DNA from: Pelagibacteraceae bacterium AG-422-N09
GTDB taxonomy: Bacteria > Pseudomonadota > Alphaproteobacteria > Pelagibacterales > AG-422-B15
Length of the DNA: 64,000 nucleotides
NCBI GenBank assembly: GCA_003213515.1
Contig: QCMV01000008.1
Span: 3,914 to 67,913 of the forward strand
Reading direction: 5' to 3'
Part shown: piece after piece, positions 26,043 through 36,548 of the stretch
How the letters are laid out: every line of letters begins with the position of its first letter
Numbering within the stretch: position 1 is the stretch's first letter
The notes under the pieces: model-generated
Told to the model about the DNA's origin: nothing
Databases searched by the model: none
Seen by the model: the letters and a program-made list of their open reading frames with translations, nothing else
Translations under genes and position numbers: made by a program

Positions 26043-26126
26043 TAAATTTCCTCCAATTTGAAATAAACAGAGAGATAGGGTCTATTAAAATTACTAAATG
26101 AGCAAGAAAAATGTTAGTTTTACTTA

Positions 26127-26354
26127 TTATTTTTGAAGTCTATTCCAAAGATATATAATGATTGCTACAGAAATTATACCTACAACACCCTCACTACCTA
26201 GTTGGTTAATTAAAGCTACTAAGTTCTGAGTAATATTTTTTCCTAAAAAAGGTGATGATGGTCCAAAGAGTACTTCCAAAATTATAGCTATTGCTATCAA
26301 CAATAAGCCAAAATCAATGATTTCTCTTAGTATTTGTTTAATTCTTGAGATCAT
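26127..26354 (-). CDS. Small two-helix membrane protein, paralogue B (unknown family)
   Basis: 75-aa ORF with two hydrophobic helices separated by G.SSPFLGK and an LINQLGSEGVVG segment. By hand alignment it is about 45% identical to the adjacent 71-aa ORF. An SD-like GGGAGGTGA lies upstream. Confidence 0.6.
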   Translation of the reverse strand: MISRIKQILREIIDFGLLLIAIAIILEVLFGPSSPFLGKNITQNLVALINQLGSEGVVGIISVAIIIYLWNRLQK

Positions 26355-26366
26355 ATGCTAATTTTT

Positions 26367-26400
26367 TATCACCTCCCATGCGCAAACATGGGAAGTGATA
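26367..26400 (-). promoter_or_regulatory. 14-bp intercistronic stem-loop that sequesters the SD-like sequence of small-protein paralogue B
   Basis: On the minus strand, tatcacttcccatg, loop tttgcg, then catgggaggtgata. This gives 13 Watson-Crick pairs plus one G-U. On the plus strand the same position is a C-A mismatch. The 3' arm contains GGGAGGTGA, about 14 nt before the ATG at 26354. Confidence 0.6.
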
Positions 26401-26406
26401 ATATGT

Positions 26407-26622
26407 TTAATCTCTGAATAACCAGAGAATAACACCAACAGCAATTAATCCAACAACTCCGGCATTTCCTAACTGGTTCACAAGAGATACGATATTGCTA
26501 GCTATATTGCCAACAAATGGGATGCTTCCTCCGCTTAGCAGGCCAATAACAATACCCAAAGCTAGCAGTGAAAGACCAAGACTGGTTAGAGCCTTTATCG
26601 CGTTCTGTGCGTTTCTAATCAT
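26407..26622 (-). CDS. Small two-helix membrane protein, paralogue A (unknown family)
   Basis: 71-aa ORF with the same architecture as paralogue B (G.SIPFVGN, LVNQLGNAGVVG). A strong SD-like GAGGGGGA lies 6 nt upstream of the ATG. Confidence 0.6.
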   Translation of the reverse strand: MIRNAQNAIKALTSLGLSLLALGIVIGLLSGGSIPFVGNIASNIVSLVNQLGNAGVVGLIAVGVILWLFRD

Positions 26623-26813
26623 AACTTTCCCCCTCGTTATGTTTATTTAGATAGCAGTACTATATTTAGTACATAAATGAACACTATATTCAAAATGTGG
26701 TAAAACAAGTTTCTTTTATAATTTAACTAATTGAATTTATTTGATTTTTCATAATATTTTTAAAAATGTTACATTTATACAACATTATTTTGTACATCTG
26801 TACGGGGTTGATT

Positions 26814-28340
26814 CTATTCAATCTGCATTAATAGTTCAGATACAAGTTTATTTATATTTAACCCTTTTGATGCAAGTCCATAGATTTTTTTATCTGGTCT
26901 AATAATTATTTCCCCTGCTTCTAAATAATCGGATAACTCGGGGCCGATATTAAAATTAGAATAGTCATAAATAAATTTAAAATTTAGGTTAATTAATTTT
27001 TCGTATATATCCTCAGCTAACTCATTTCTTACATCTTTTTTCGAAAATATTGCAAAACAATTTCCTATCATTTTATCTAAGCAAGCAATACCTTGTTTAT
27101 CAGTAATCTCTCTATTAGAAAGTCTTCTGTTGATTATCATTTCACTCTGTGAGTGACTAAAAATACCTTTTTTTGATTCTTTTTCTTCAATATTGTTATT
27201 TCTCCCAAATGCTTGGTCTCTGGCCTCTGGGGCGATTGCCTCCTCTAATGGCAAATTTTTCTGAAATGCCATAGATAGTGAGTCAATCAATTGTCCAAGT
27301 GCAATAGATGATTTTATTGTTTGCTTTATTGGTTGAGCTCTCTCTAAATCATAAGAAAGTAAAAGATTTTTATTGCAATTAAAATTAACAACCAAATTAA
27401 TTTTCCATATTAGATTTAGTATATCTCTAATTCCAGTATTTAGACTTTGACTAGCATAGGGTGGCATTTGATGAGCGGTGTCACCTATTAAAAAAACATT
27501 TTTTTTCTGAAAAGTATTAGCAAAAGATCCTCTAAAATTTTGAATAGATATATTTTCAATCTCGTACTGATCAGGCTCTATCCATTTTGAAATTAAGTTT
27601 TGGATATTATTTTTTTGAATAATTTTTTGGTGTTGTTCACCTGTTAGTAATTGAAATTCAAACCTATGTCTTCTATTTGAAAGAGAAATATAAGAAGTAG
27701 GTCTTTTATCGTCGCAAATTTGCCTGAAAACATTTTCTAAACTATTTTCATTCTTTAGTAATATATCGACAAGAAGCCAATTTTTTGAGTATCTTTGATC
27801 AACGGACTCAATGTCTAATTTATTTCTTACAAAAGAATTTGCACCATCACATGCGATTAGGTAAAGGGCTTCAAAATGTTTTAATTTATTATCACTTTTT
27901 GTATCAAGTCCCACCTTATTATCATTTAAACTAAAGTTAATAAGTTCGTTATCAAATAGTAAATCTATATTTTTATCAGCCTTACATTTTTCTTTTATTA
28001 TTTTTTCAATCTCTGGCTGAAAAAAAGTACAAATAGAAGGAAAGTCATTGTCAGTATGTAATACTGGATTTCGTTGGATCACTTTTCCATTAGTTAGCAC
28101 AATGTCAGTAAAATCTGGTTTATTTAAAAATACTTTAAGAGCATCGTATAAACCAATATTTTCCAGTAAACGTAAACTTTCATCATCAAAAGATACGGCT
28201 TTTGAGGAAAATTCAGTGTCCGGTTTTGACTCAATAACGAGTGTTCTAAGATTGTATTGGCTACATACTTTTGCACAGATTTGTCCAATTAGTCCGAAAC
28301 CCACAATTGCAACATCATATTGATTAATATTACTAGTCAA
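26814..28340 (-). CDS. FAD-dependent aromatic-ring hydroxylase (MhpA / PheA-TfdB family flavin monooxygenase)
   Basis: It has the dinucleotide fold DVAIVGFGLIGQ, then ACDGANS, the GD motif GDTAHQMPPYASQSLNTGIRD, and a long C-terminal domain. I prefer TTG 28340, preceded by AGGAG 5 nt upstream (MTSNINQYDVAIVG). The track uses TTG 28382. Confidence 0.8.
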   Translation of the reverse strand: MTSNINQYDVAIVGFGLIGQICAKVCSQYNLRTLVIESKPDTEFSSKAVSFDDESLRLLENIGLYDALKVFLNKPDFTDIVLTNGKVIQRNPVLHTDNDFPSICTFFQPEIEKIIKEKCKADKNIDLLFDNELINFSLNDNKVGLDTKSDNKLKHFEALYLIACDGANSFVRNKLDIESVDQRYSKNWLLVDILLKNENSLENVFRQICDDKRPTSYISLSNRRHRFEFQLLTGEQHQKIIQKNNIQNLISKWIEPDQYEIENISIQNFRGSFANTFQKKNVFLIGDTAHQMPPYASQSLNTGIRDILNLIWKINLVVNFNCNKNLLLSYDLERAQPIKQTIKSSIALGQLIDSLSMAFQKNLPLEEAIAPEARDQAFGRNNNIEEKESKKGIFSHSQSEMIINRRLSNREITDKQGIACLDKMIGNCFAIFSKKDVRNELAEDIYEKLINLNFKFIYDYSNFNIGPELSDYLEAGEIIIRPDKKIYGLASKGLNINKLVSELLMQIE

Positions 28341-28431
28341 AATAACTCCTAGATAATGAAATCGCTTGACTCTTACTTTCAATTTAGTTTGAATTCAAGC
28401 CATTATTTAATTTGATAAAAAAAGATTTGAA

Positions 28432-29538
28432 ATGGTGAAAATAGTAAATTCATGGAATGAGTGGGATCCTCTAAAACACATAATTGTTGGAAGAGCAGAT
28501 AATTGTTGCATCGCTCCAGTTGAACCTGCAATGGCTCCTAAAATTCCTGAAGACTCTGACATGAAAGGTCAATTTGGACCAAGGCCACAATATACAATTG
28601 ATAGAGCAAATTATTTACTTGATAATTTCTCTGATATTTTAGAAAAAAGAGGAATAAAAGTAGATCGTCCATCTCCACTAGATTTCAATCAGAAAATTGG
28701 TACCCCAGATTGGAGTATAGAAACAATGTTTGGCTGTATGCCTCCTCGAGATGTTATACTTACTTTAGGCAGTGAGATGCTGGAAGCTACTATGTCCTTT
28801 CGTTCAAGGTGGTTTGAATATTTATGTTATCGGCCGCTATTACAAAGTTTTTTTGATCAAGACCCAGAAATGAAATGGGAAACTGCTCCAAAACCAAGAT
28901 TAACGAATAAATCATACAGGGATAATTATCTTGCAGATGAAATAACAATAGAACAAAGATACGAATGGGTTGCCGATAAAAAATTTGTTACCACTGAAGA
29001 AGAACCACTATTTGATGCGGCCGATGTGTTAAGAATGGGCAAAGATTTATTTATTCAACACGGGTTCACAACGAACTTAAAAGGCATTGATTGGATTAAA
29101 AGACACTTTCCAGACCAACGTGTTCATGTACTAAATTTCCCAACTGACCCTTTTCCTACACATATTGACGCAACATTTACGCCATTGAGGCCGGGATTGA
29201 TATTAAATAATCCTGAAAGAAGACTACCTGATGAACAAAGAAAAATTTTTCATGATAATGACTGGGAAATAGTCGATGCAGCTAGACCCGCTCACAATTC
29301 TCCTCCTCCATTATGCTATTCAAGCGTATGGCTTAGTATGAACGTTCTTATGCTAGATCCAAAAACAGTTTGCGTTGAAGAAACTGAAGTTCACCAGATG
29401 GATCAACTAGATAAGTTAAATTTCGAAGTTGTTCCGGTTCCTTTCAGAGATGCTTATCCATTTGGTGGCGCTTTACACTGCGCAACTACTGATGTTTATC
29501 GTGAAAGCAGCCTGGAAGATTACTTTACGAAACAATAA
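28432..29538 (+). CDS. L-arginine:glycine amidinotransferase-like amidinotransferase (GATM/StrB1 family)
   Basis: 368-aa ORF, collinear by eye with vertebrate GATM. Matching segments are VNSWNEWDPLKHIIVGRA, MPPRDVIL, FRSRWFEY, KFVTTEEEPLFDAADV (catalytic Asp region), THIDATF (His), WLSMNVLMLD and GGALHCATTDV (catalytic Cys). Confidence 0.85.
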   Translation: MVKIVNSWNEWDPLKHIIVGRADNCCIAPVEPAMAPKIPEDSDMKGQFGPRPQYTIDRANYLLDNFSDILEKRGIKVDRPSPLDFNQKIGTPDWSIETMFGCMPPRDVILTLGSEMLEATMSFRSRWFEYLCYRPLLQSFFDQDPEMKWETAPKPRLTNKSYRDNYLADEITIEQRYEWVADKKFVTTEEEPLFDAADVLRMGKDLFIQHGFTTNLKGIDWIKRHFPDQRVHVLNFPTDPFPTHIDATFTPLRPGLILNNPERRLPDEQRKIFHDNDWEIVDAARPAHNSPPPLCYSSVWLSMNVLMLDPKTVCVEETEVHQMDQLDKLNFEVVPVPFRDAYPFGGALHCATTDVYRESSLEDYFTKQ

Positions 29539-29541
29539 TTT

Positions 29542-30669
29542 TTAATAATTTGTTTTCTCAATTATGATATCTCGATTGATATAACAATTCATTAAAAGTC
29601 CAAACCCAAACATAACTGCTAACATCGAACTCCCTCCATAGGATATAAATGGAAGTGGAACTCCTACTACTGGAAGTAAGCCTGTGACCATTCCAATATT
29701 TACAAAAACGTAAATGAAAAATACATTACATACTCCTAAAGATAAATATTTACTAAATAAGCTGCGACTTTTTAGTGCAAGACGAATAGAAATCATAATT
29801 AAGGCTGCATATATTGATAATAAAAGTAATGTCCCTATGAAACCAAATTCCTCACCTAGCATTGTAAATATAAAATCTGTTTGCATTTCAGGAAGAAAAT
29901 TTAAATGGCTCTGAGTACCTTCCATGTAGCCTTTACCAAAAATACCACCAGAGCCAAGAGCAATTTTTGATTGCATTATGTGGTATCCATTTCCAAGAGG
30001 ATCACGTTCAGGATTGAAAAAAGTTAGTACTCTGTCTTTCTGATAATCTTTGAGATATTGCCACAAAACTGGCAAAGAACACAAAATTGAAAATACGCCT
30101 ACTATAAAATATTTATAATTTAAACCTGAGATCCAAAAAAGACTTATTCCGCCAAGTAGAATTATGAGAGCTGTACCTAAATCCGGCTGTGTAATTACTA
30201 ACAATACTGGGACTATAGTAATGATTAGGGGAATAATCAGAGTTTTAATAAAACTGCTATCGTTATTTATTGAATGAAAGTACTTAGCTAGAGCTAAGAT
30301 TAATGTATATTTAACAAATTCAGAAGGTTGTAGACTTATACCAGCTATATTAATCCATCGAGTAGCACCATTACTTTCAATTCCAAAAAAAGGAATGATG
30401 ACTAAAGATATTATGCTTAGGAAAAAAATTACATATGCATAACCAAATATCAACCTTAAATCAAAGAATATGACTAAAAAAAAGATGATTAATCCAAGTA
30501 TAAATCTTTGAGAGTGCTTCAATGGCCACGAGTTAAAGTCTCCATTTGAAATACTATATAATGCAGCCAAACCCACAAAAAATAATGTAATTATTAAACC
30601 CAGTAGAGGATAATTTATACTTTGTAGTTTGGCAAAGGCTGAACTATAAAAGTTATTTTGATTAAACAT
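29542..30669 (-). CDS. rodA: Rod shape-determining peptidoglycan glycosyltransferase RodA
   Basis: 375-aa polytopic ORF of the FtsW/RodA/SpoVE family (GVPLPFISYGGSS). It overlaps the PBP2 gene by 8 nt at the end of the mre cluster. Confidence 0.9.
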   Translation of the reverse strand: MFNQNNFYSSAFAKLQSINYPLLGLIITLFFVGLAALYSISNGDFNSWPLKHSQRFILGLIIFFLVIFFDLRLIFGYAYVIFFLSIISLVIIPFFGIESNGATRWINIAGISLQPSEFVKYTLILALAKYFHSINNDSSFIKTLIIPLIITIVPVLLVITQPDLGTALIILLGGISLFWISGLNYKYFIVGVFSILCSLPVLWQYLKDYQKDRVLTFFNPERDPLGNGYHIMQSKIALGSGGIFGKGYMEGTQSHLNFLPEMQTDFIFTMLGEEFGFIGTLLLLSIYAALIMISIRLALKSRSLFSKYLSLGVCNVFFIYVFVNIGMVTGLLPVVGVPLPFISYGGSSMLAVMFGFGLLMNCYINRDIIIEKTNY

Positions 30670-32533
30670 TAAAAATTTCGTTTCTTTTTAAATTGAATTT
30701 TTTTTCAAATAAATATTTGAATATATCTGATGCAATTGGAGCTGCAGATCCAGATCCACTGCCTCCATGTTCAACAATTACAGAAACTGCATACTTAGGA
30801 TCCGTAGTTGGACCGTATCCGATAAAAAGACCATGATCTCTTTTTTCCCACGGCAAGTCTTTATTTTTTATTAAACCTTCTTCTCTTTCTTTAATTGATA
30901 TTGCTCTTACTTGTGAAGTGCCTGTTTTACCCGCCATTTTATACTTACCGATAATTCTTGATCTATAGGAAGTCCCTCCAGGAGCATTAGTAGCTTCGTC
31001 TAATGCATTTTTAATAATTTTAAGATATCTGGGATCTGCAATAATTCGCTCATTATAAATATTTGAGGTTTCATTGTCATATATCAATTTTGGGCTAAGC
31101 CTCGTTCCATTGTTAATTAATTGAGCTAACGCAAGGGACAGCTGCGCTGCAGTTGTTAAAAAATATCCTTGGCCTATACCAGCAGATAATGTTTCTCCTA
31201 CCATCCATCTACTACCAAGATTTTCTAATTTCCACTGTTTGTTTGGAACTACTCCACTTTTTTCCTCATAAAGAGATTTGAACACTTTTTCTCCTAACCC
31301 ATATCTTTTACAAACCTCAGCGATTTTATTAATTCCTATTCTTCTTGCAATTTGATAAAAATAAACATCACAAGATACCTTTATAGCCTTTGTCATATCT
31401 ACATTTCCGTGTCCTTCCTTCTTCCAGCAATGAAATGTTTTGTATCCTGACTCTAGACTAGTATCTTCTATTAGGTGTTTCCCATCACAAAAAATAGTTT
31501 CTTTATGAGAAACTCCTGACTCTAAGGCTGCAAGTGCAACAAATGGTTTTATGGTTGATCCAGGAGGATATTGATTGGATATCGATTTATTAATCAGTGG
31601 TTTATATTTATCTGATAAGAGATTTTCCCAAGTTTCATTTGAAATAGATTTATTAAATATATTAGGATCATAGGACGGTGAGGATGCCAATGCATAAAAC
31701 TCGCCATTTTTAACATTAATAACAGAGACGCTTCCGCTAAGCCCTTTTAGTCTTTCATAACAAAATTTTTGCAATTCTGAGTCAATTGTAAGCTGTATGT
31801 AGTTTCCTTGCACACTATTTACTCGATCAAGTTCTCTAATTTCTCGTCCACTGGCATTAACTTCAATATTCTTATTGCCTAGTTTACCTCTTAAAATTGC
31901 ATCTTTAGCTTTTTCCACACCTATTTTGCCTGCTTTTGCTGTGCTAAGTTTAGATAATGGGTTTGACTCTTCTTCATTTTTACTTATTGGAGAAACATAC
32001 CCAATTAAATGTGAGTGCGATTCTCCTTGAGTATAATATCTCTTGAAGCCAATCTGAGGGTAAATTCCCTCTAATTTATGAATATTTACATTTATTTTAG
32101 AAAAATCCTCCCATGTCAAGTCATCGATAATTCCAACAGGAATAAATTTTTTTCTTGAATTTACTTCCTTTAATATTTTTTCTATATCAAAATTTGCGTG
32201 AGGTAAAAGCGACTTTAAATTAACTAATGATTTTTCTACGTCACTGGTTTCTTCTTTTATTATTATAATTTCATATTTTTGTTTATTGATAGCCATTGGT
32301 CGCCCCTGCAAATCAAAAATAATACCTCTTTCTGGTTCGAGAAATCTGTGTGTTATTCTATTTTTATCAGATAATTTTTTATAATTACTATTCTCAGCAA
32401 TTTGTAAATAAGCTAGTCTTCCAACAAGTACTGAGAATACACCAGCTTTAGCAATTGTAACAAGCGCTGCTCTTCTATTGATTAAATTTTCAGTATCATA
32501 TTTTTGAAATATAAATTTACCTGATTTCTTCAT
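30662..32533 (-). CDS. mrdA: Penicillin-binding protein 2 (elongasome transpeptidase)
   Basis: 623-aa ORF with an N-terminal anchor and the transpeptidase motifs STIKP (SxxK) and KTGTS (KTG). It sits between mreD and rodA. Confidence 0.9.
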   Translation of the reverse strand: MKKSGKFIFQKYDTENLINRRAALVTIAKAGVFSVLVGRLAYLQIAENSNYKKLSDKNRITHRFLEPERGIIFDLQGRPMAINKQKYEIIIIKEETSDVEKSLVNLKSLLPHANFDIEKILKEVNSRKKFIPVGIIDDLTWEDFSKINVNIHKLEGIYPQIGFKRYYTQGESHSHLIGYVSPISKNEEESNPLSKLSTAKAGKIGVEKAKDAILRGKLGNKNIEVNASGREIRELDRVNSVQGNYIQLTIDSELQKFCYERLKGLSGSVSVINVKNGEFYALASSPSYDPNIFNKSISNETWENLLSDKYKPLINKSISNQYPPGSTIKPFVALAALESGVSHKETIFCDGKHLIEDTSLESGYKTFHCWKKEGHGNVDMTKAIKVSCDVYFYQIARRIGINKIAEVCKRYGLGEKVFKSLYEEKSGVVPNKQWKLENLGSRWMVGETLSAGIGQGYFLTTAAQLSLALAQLINNGTRLSPKLIYDNETSNIYNERIIADPRYLKIIKNALDEATNAPGGTSYRSRIIGKYKMAGKTGTSQVRAISIKEREEGLIKNKDLPWEKRDHGLFIGYGPTTDPKYAVSVIVEHGGSGSGSAAPIASDIFKYLFEKKFNLKRNEIFNV

Positions 32534-33002
32534 ATTTTTTCTGACTATATATAATCATTAAGTTTAACGGCGGGTATAATAGAACCATTATTAAGAAAGC
32601 TGACAATTCACCAACAGATAAGTAATTGAGTTGGTAGTTAAAATAAATAAATAAGTTTTTAAAAATAAATAATATTAATAATGCTATAATAAATATTATA
32701 AATTTTATTTTTTGTTGTTCGAATAAACCATTAATTGAGGTAATTTGACTTAAAACATAGAAAAATAAAAAAATACTTCCGGAATAACCTAAATTCATTC
32801 CAAGCAAAATATCTTGAAAAATACCCCAAGCAAAAAGAAGAAAAGGAACTAACCATTCACTTTCGTTCCATTTTATTGAATACAACAAAATGGACAGTAT
32901 TAAAGTTAAATCGATTAGGTTAAAATTTAAAACATTGTTAAATGAAATAAAACAAAGAAGAAATCCATTTAATAGCAAATAGCCTTTAAAACTTAGAGTC
33001 AT
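32517..33002 (-). CDS. mreD: Rod shape-determining protein MreD
   Basis: 161-aa wholly hydrophobic ORF between mreC and mrdA. The call rests mainly on position and membrane topology. Confidence 0.7.
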   Translation of the reverse strand: MTLSFKGYLLLNGFLLCFISFNNVLNFNLIDLTLILSILLYSIKWNESEWLVPFLLFAWGIFQDILLGMNLGYSGSIFLFFYVLSQITSINGLFEQQKIKFIIFIIALLILFIFKNLFIYFNYQLNYLSVGELSAFLIMVLLYPPLNLMIIYSQKKYEEIR

Positions 33003-33005
33003 TTT

Positions 33006-33845
33006 TTAGTTTTCTTTTATTAGTTTATAATTTAATAATTTCACATGCGATAGAGTTGCTATATTTTCAAACATACTAATCTCGATTTCATTTGATTTTT
33101 TTCCAACTACTTGACCGATCAATTGAAATGGAGGAAAAATGCCGCCTTTTCCTGATGTTGTGACTAAGTCTCCAATGCTAATTTTTTCAATATGTTCTAC
33201 ATATTCTATAGTTGGGTTTTCTCGACCTTGACCTACTAGCATGCCATGATAACCATCTTCAGAAATTATTACTGGAATTCTACTGTTAATGTTGCTTATT
33301 AAAAGTACGCGCGAGAGTCTTTCGCCAACATGAGATATTCTACCAATTATTCCATTAGATCCTGAAACTGGCATATCCAATTTAATATTTTCTTCTTTTC
33401 CTGAATTGACAATTAAGGTGCTGTTAAAATTATTAGAAAAATCACCAACTATCCTTGAAGTTCTAAAATCATATTCAATATCATTAGATGCATTTAATAG
33501 ACTTTCATATTGAGCTATTTTTAGTTTCATAGAAACCATCTCTTGAAAACTAGCGGAGTCAAGCAATTGCATTTCTTTGAACCTTTGATTTTCTTCATAA
33601 ATATTTTGAATCTCGAGAATGCTTTCAAGTCCATTTTTGATTAAACTGATAGGACTGGAAACAATTGAAGTAATTGAGTAAACGGTATTAATACTTTTAG
33701 CTCTAAGTTCATTTGAGAGATTGCTATTGTCAAATCGTCCAAAATAAAAAATCAGGGAAAATATTATTAATCCTACAGGAATAAGAATAGACAAATAGCT
33801 ATTCTTGTTAACATATCTTGAGTAAAAATTACGTGATGTCCTCAC
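33006..33845 (-). CDS. mreC: Rod shape-determining protein MreC
   Basis: 279-aa ORF with an N-terminal TM helix, a coiled-coil segment and a C-terminal GDLVTTSGKGGIFPP motif typical of MreC. It lies directly after mreB. Confidence 0.85.
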   Translation of the reverse strand: MRTSRNFYSRYVNKNSYLSILIPVGLIIFSLIFYFGRFDNSNLSNELRAKSINTVYSITSIVSSPISLIKNGLESILEIQNIYEENQRFKEMQLLDSASFQEMVSMKLKIAQYESLLNASNDIEYDFRTSRIVGDFSNNFNSTLIVNSGKEENIKLDMPVSGSNGIIGRISHVGERLSRVLLISNINSRIPVIISEDGYHGMLVGQGRENPTIEYVEHIEKISIGDLVTTSGKGGIFPPFQLIGQVVGKKSNEIEISMFENIATLSHVKLLNYKLIKEN

Positions 33846-33858
33846 TGTCAGACTTTAA

Positions 33859-34911
<1,053 letters not shown>

Positions 34912-34914
34912 TTA

Positions 34915-36474
34915 TCAAACTCCAGTGACACCTGACATACTGGCTGGAGCTGACCTTTCTCTTTTAATTATTAATTTGTTTAGAGCGTTTATATATGCTT
35001 TGGCCGACGCAACAAGAGTATCTGTATGTGCGCCAAGTCCAACAACAGTTTTACCATCTTCTGCCAATCTTACAGAAACTTCAGCTTGTGCATCCGTTCC
35101 TTCCGTAACAGCATGGACTTGATAGAGTAATAGTTTTCCTTGATGAGGAACAAGTTGACTTAAACCATTAAAGATTGCATCAACAGGCCCGTCTCCCGTA
35201 GAGGTTACTGTCTTTGGCTCGTCATCAATTAAAAGACTGATCTCTGCTTTTTGAGGACCTTTTGTTCCAGCGACTACCTGCAAATCTTGAAGTAAAATAG
35301 AGTCATTAACTCTGATTACCTGGTCATCAATAATAGCGATAATATCTTCATCATATATATTTTTCTTTTTATCTGCTAAGTTTTTAAAATTTTCAAAAGC
35401 CTCCTCAATTACATTGTCATTAATTGAATATCCAAGTTCAATTATCTTTTGTTTGAATGCATGTCTGCCAGAGTGCTTGCCCATTACAAGATTTGACTCT
35501 GAAACTCCAACACTTTCTGGGGTCATAATTTCATACGTTTTATTATTTTTTAACATCCCATCCTGATGAATACCTGCTTCGTGTGCAAAAGCATTTTTTC
35601 CAACGATAGCTTTATTAAATTGTATTGGAAAACCTGTAACTGCCGACACAAGCTTAGAGGTTTTTGTTAATTTTTCAGTCTGAATGCTAGTTTGAAAAGG
35701 CATCATGTCATTTCTAGTTCTTATAGCCATGACAACTTCTTCCATTGCAGCGTTACCAGCTCTTTCACCCAAACCATTAATAGTGCACTCAATTTGCCTT
35801 GCCCCAGCTCTCACTCCTGCAAGAGAATTTGCTACAGCTAATCCAAGATCATTATGACAATGTGTTGAAATTGTAACCTTATCAATATTAGACACATTGT
35901 TTATTAAATGATTTATAATATTTGTAAATTCATCAGGAATTGAGTATCCGACAGTATCTGGAATATTTATTGTAGACGCACCATTCTTAATCGCAGCTTC
36001 GACAGTTTTACACATAAAGTCCAAATCCGTCCTTGTTCCATCTTCACAAGACCACTCAACGTCATCACATAGATTTCGTGCAAAAGATACACTATCAATT
36101 ACCTTCTGGTAAACCTCATCGGAATTCAATTGTAACTTGTGTTTCATGTGAAGTTCACTTGTTGAAATAAATGTATGTATTCTTGGAGCCGCTGCATTTT
36201 TGAGAGCATCTGCAGCTGTTTGAATATCATTTTTTGAAGCTCTGCTCAAAGCGCATATTGATGAATTTTTAATTTTTTTTGATATTTCAGAAACTGCTTC
36301 ATAGTCTCCTTTTGATGCGGCAGGAAAACCAGCTTCTATAATATCAACATTCAAATCTTCTAAAGCTTCTGCGATTTTTAGTTTTTCTTCAATATTCATT
36401 GAAGCCCCAGGAGACTGCTCTCCATCTCTTAATGTAGTATCAAAAATCTTTATGTAATTATTTTCTTTGTTCAT
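34915..36474 (-). CDS. leuA: 2-isopropylmalate synthase
   Basis: 519-aa ORF with TTLRDGEQSPG, HCHNDLGLAVANSL and a C-terminal LeuA regulatory domain. Confidence 0.93.
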   Translation of the reverse strand: MNKENNYIKIFDTTLRDGEQSPGASMNIEEKLKIAEALEDLNVDIIEAGFPAASKGDYEAVSEISKKIKNSSICALSRASKNDIQTAADALKNAAAPRIHTFISTSELHMKHKLQLNSDEVYQKVIDSVSFARNLCDDVEWSCEDGTRTDLDFMCKTVEAAIKNGASTINIPDTVGYSIPDEFTNIINHLINNVSNIDKVTISTHCHNDLGLAVANSLAGVRAGARQIECTINGLGERAGNAAMEEVVMAIRTRNDMMPFQTSIQTEKLTKTSKLVSAVTGFPIQFNKAIVGKNAFAHEAGIHQDGMLKNNKTYEIMTPESVGVSESNLVMGKHSGRHAFKQKIIELGYSINDNVIEEAFENFKNLADKKKNIYDEDIIAIIDDQVIRVNDSILLQDLQVVAGTKGPQKAEISLLIDDEPKTVTSTGDGPVDAIFNGLSQLVPHQGKLLLYQVHAVTEGTDAQAEVSVRLAEDGKTVVGLGAHTDTLVASAKAYINALNKLIIKRERSAPASMSGVTGV

Positions 36475-36516
36475 CTCTCATCCTCTTAATAAAATTAAAT
36501 TGTGTTAAAATTAAGT

Positions 36517-36548
36517 ACCCCCTGCAGTAATGTTATATTACCCAGGGG
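36517..36548 (-). promoter_or_regulatory. GC-rich extended hairpin in the 297-nt leuA leader
   Basis: On the minus strand: cccctg g gtaat ataac attac tg cagggg. That is 6 + 5 bp with a small internal loop, followed by gtacttaatttt. It ends about 40 nt upstream of the leuA ATG and is the only GC-rich patch in this long spacer. Confidence 0.4.

Noticed and set aside
26657-26672. 6-4-6 inverted repeat gtacta-tatt-tagtac upstream of the small-protein genes, as a possible operator.
   Set aside because: It is only 6-bp arms in AT-rich DNA and has no second copy in the window. It is noted but not called.
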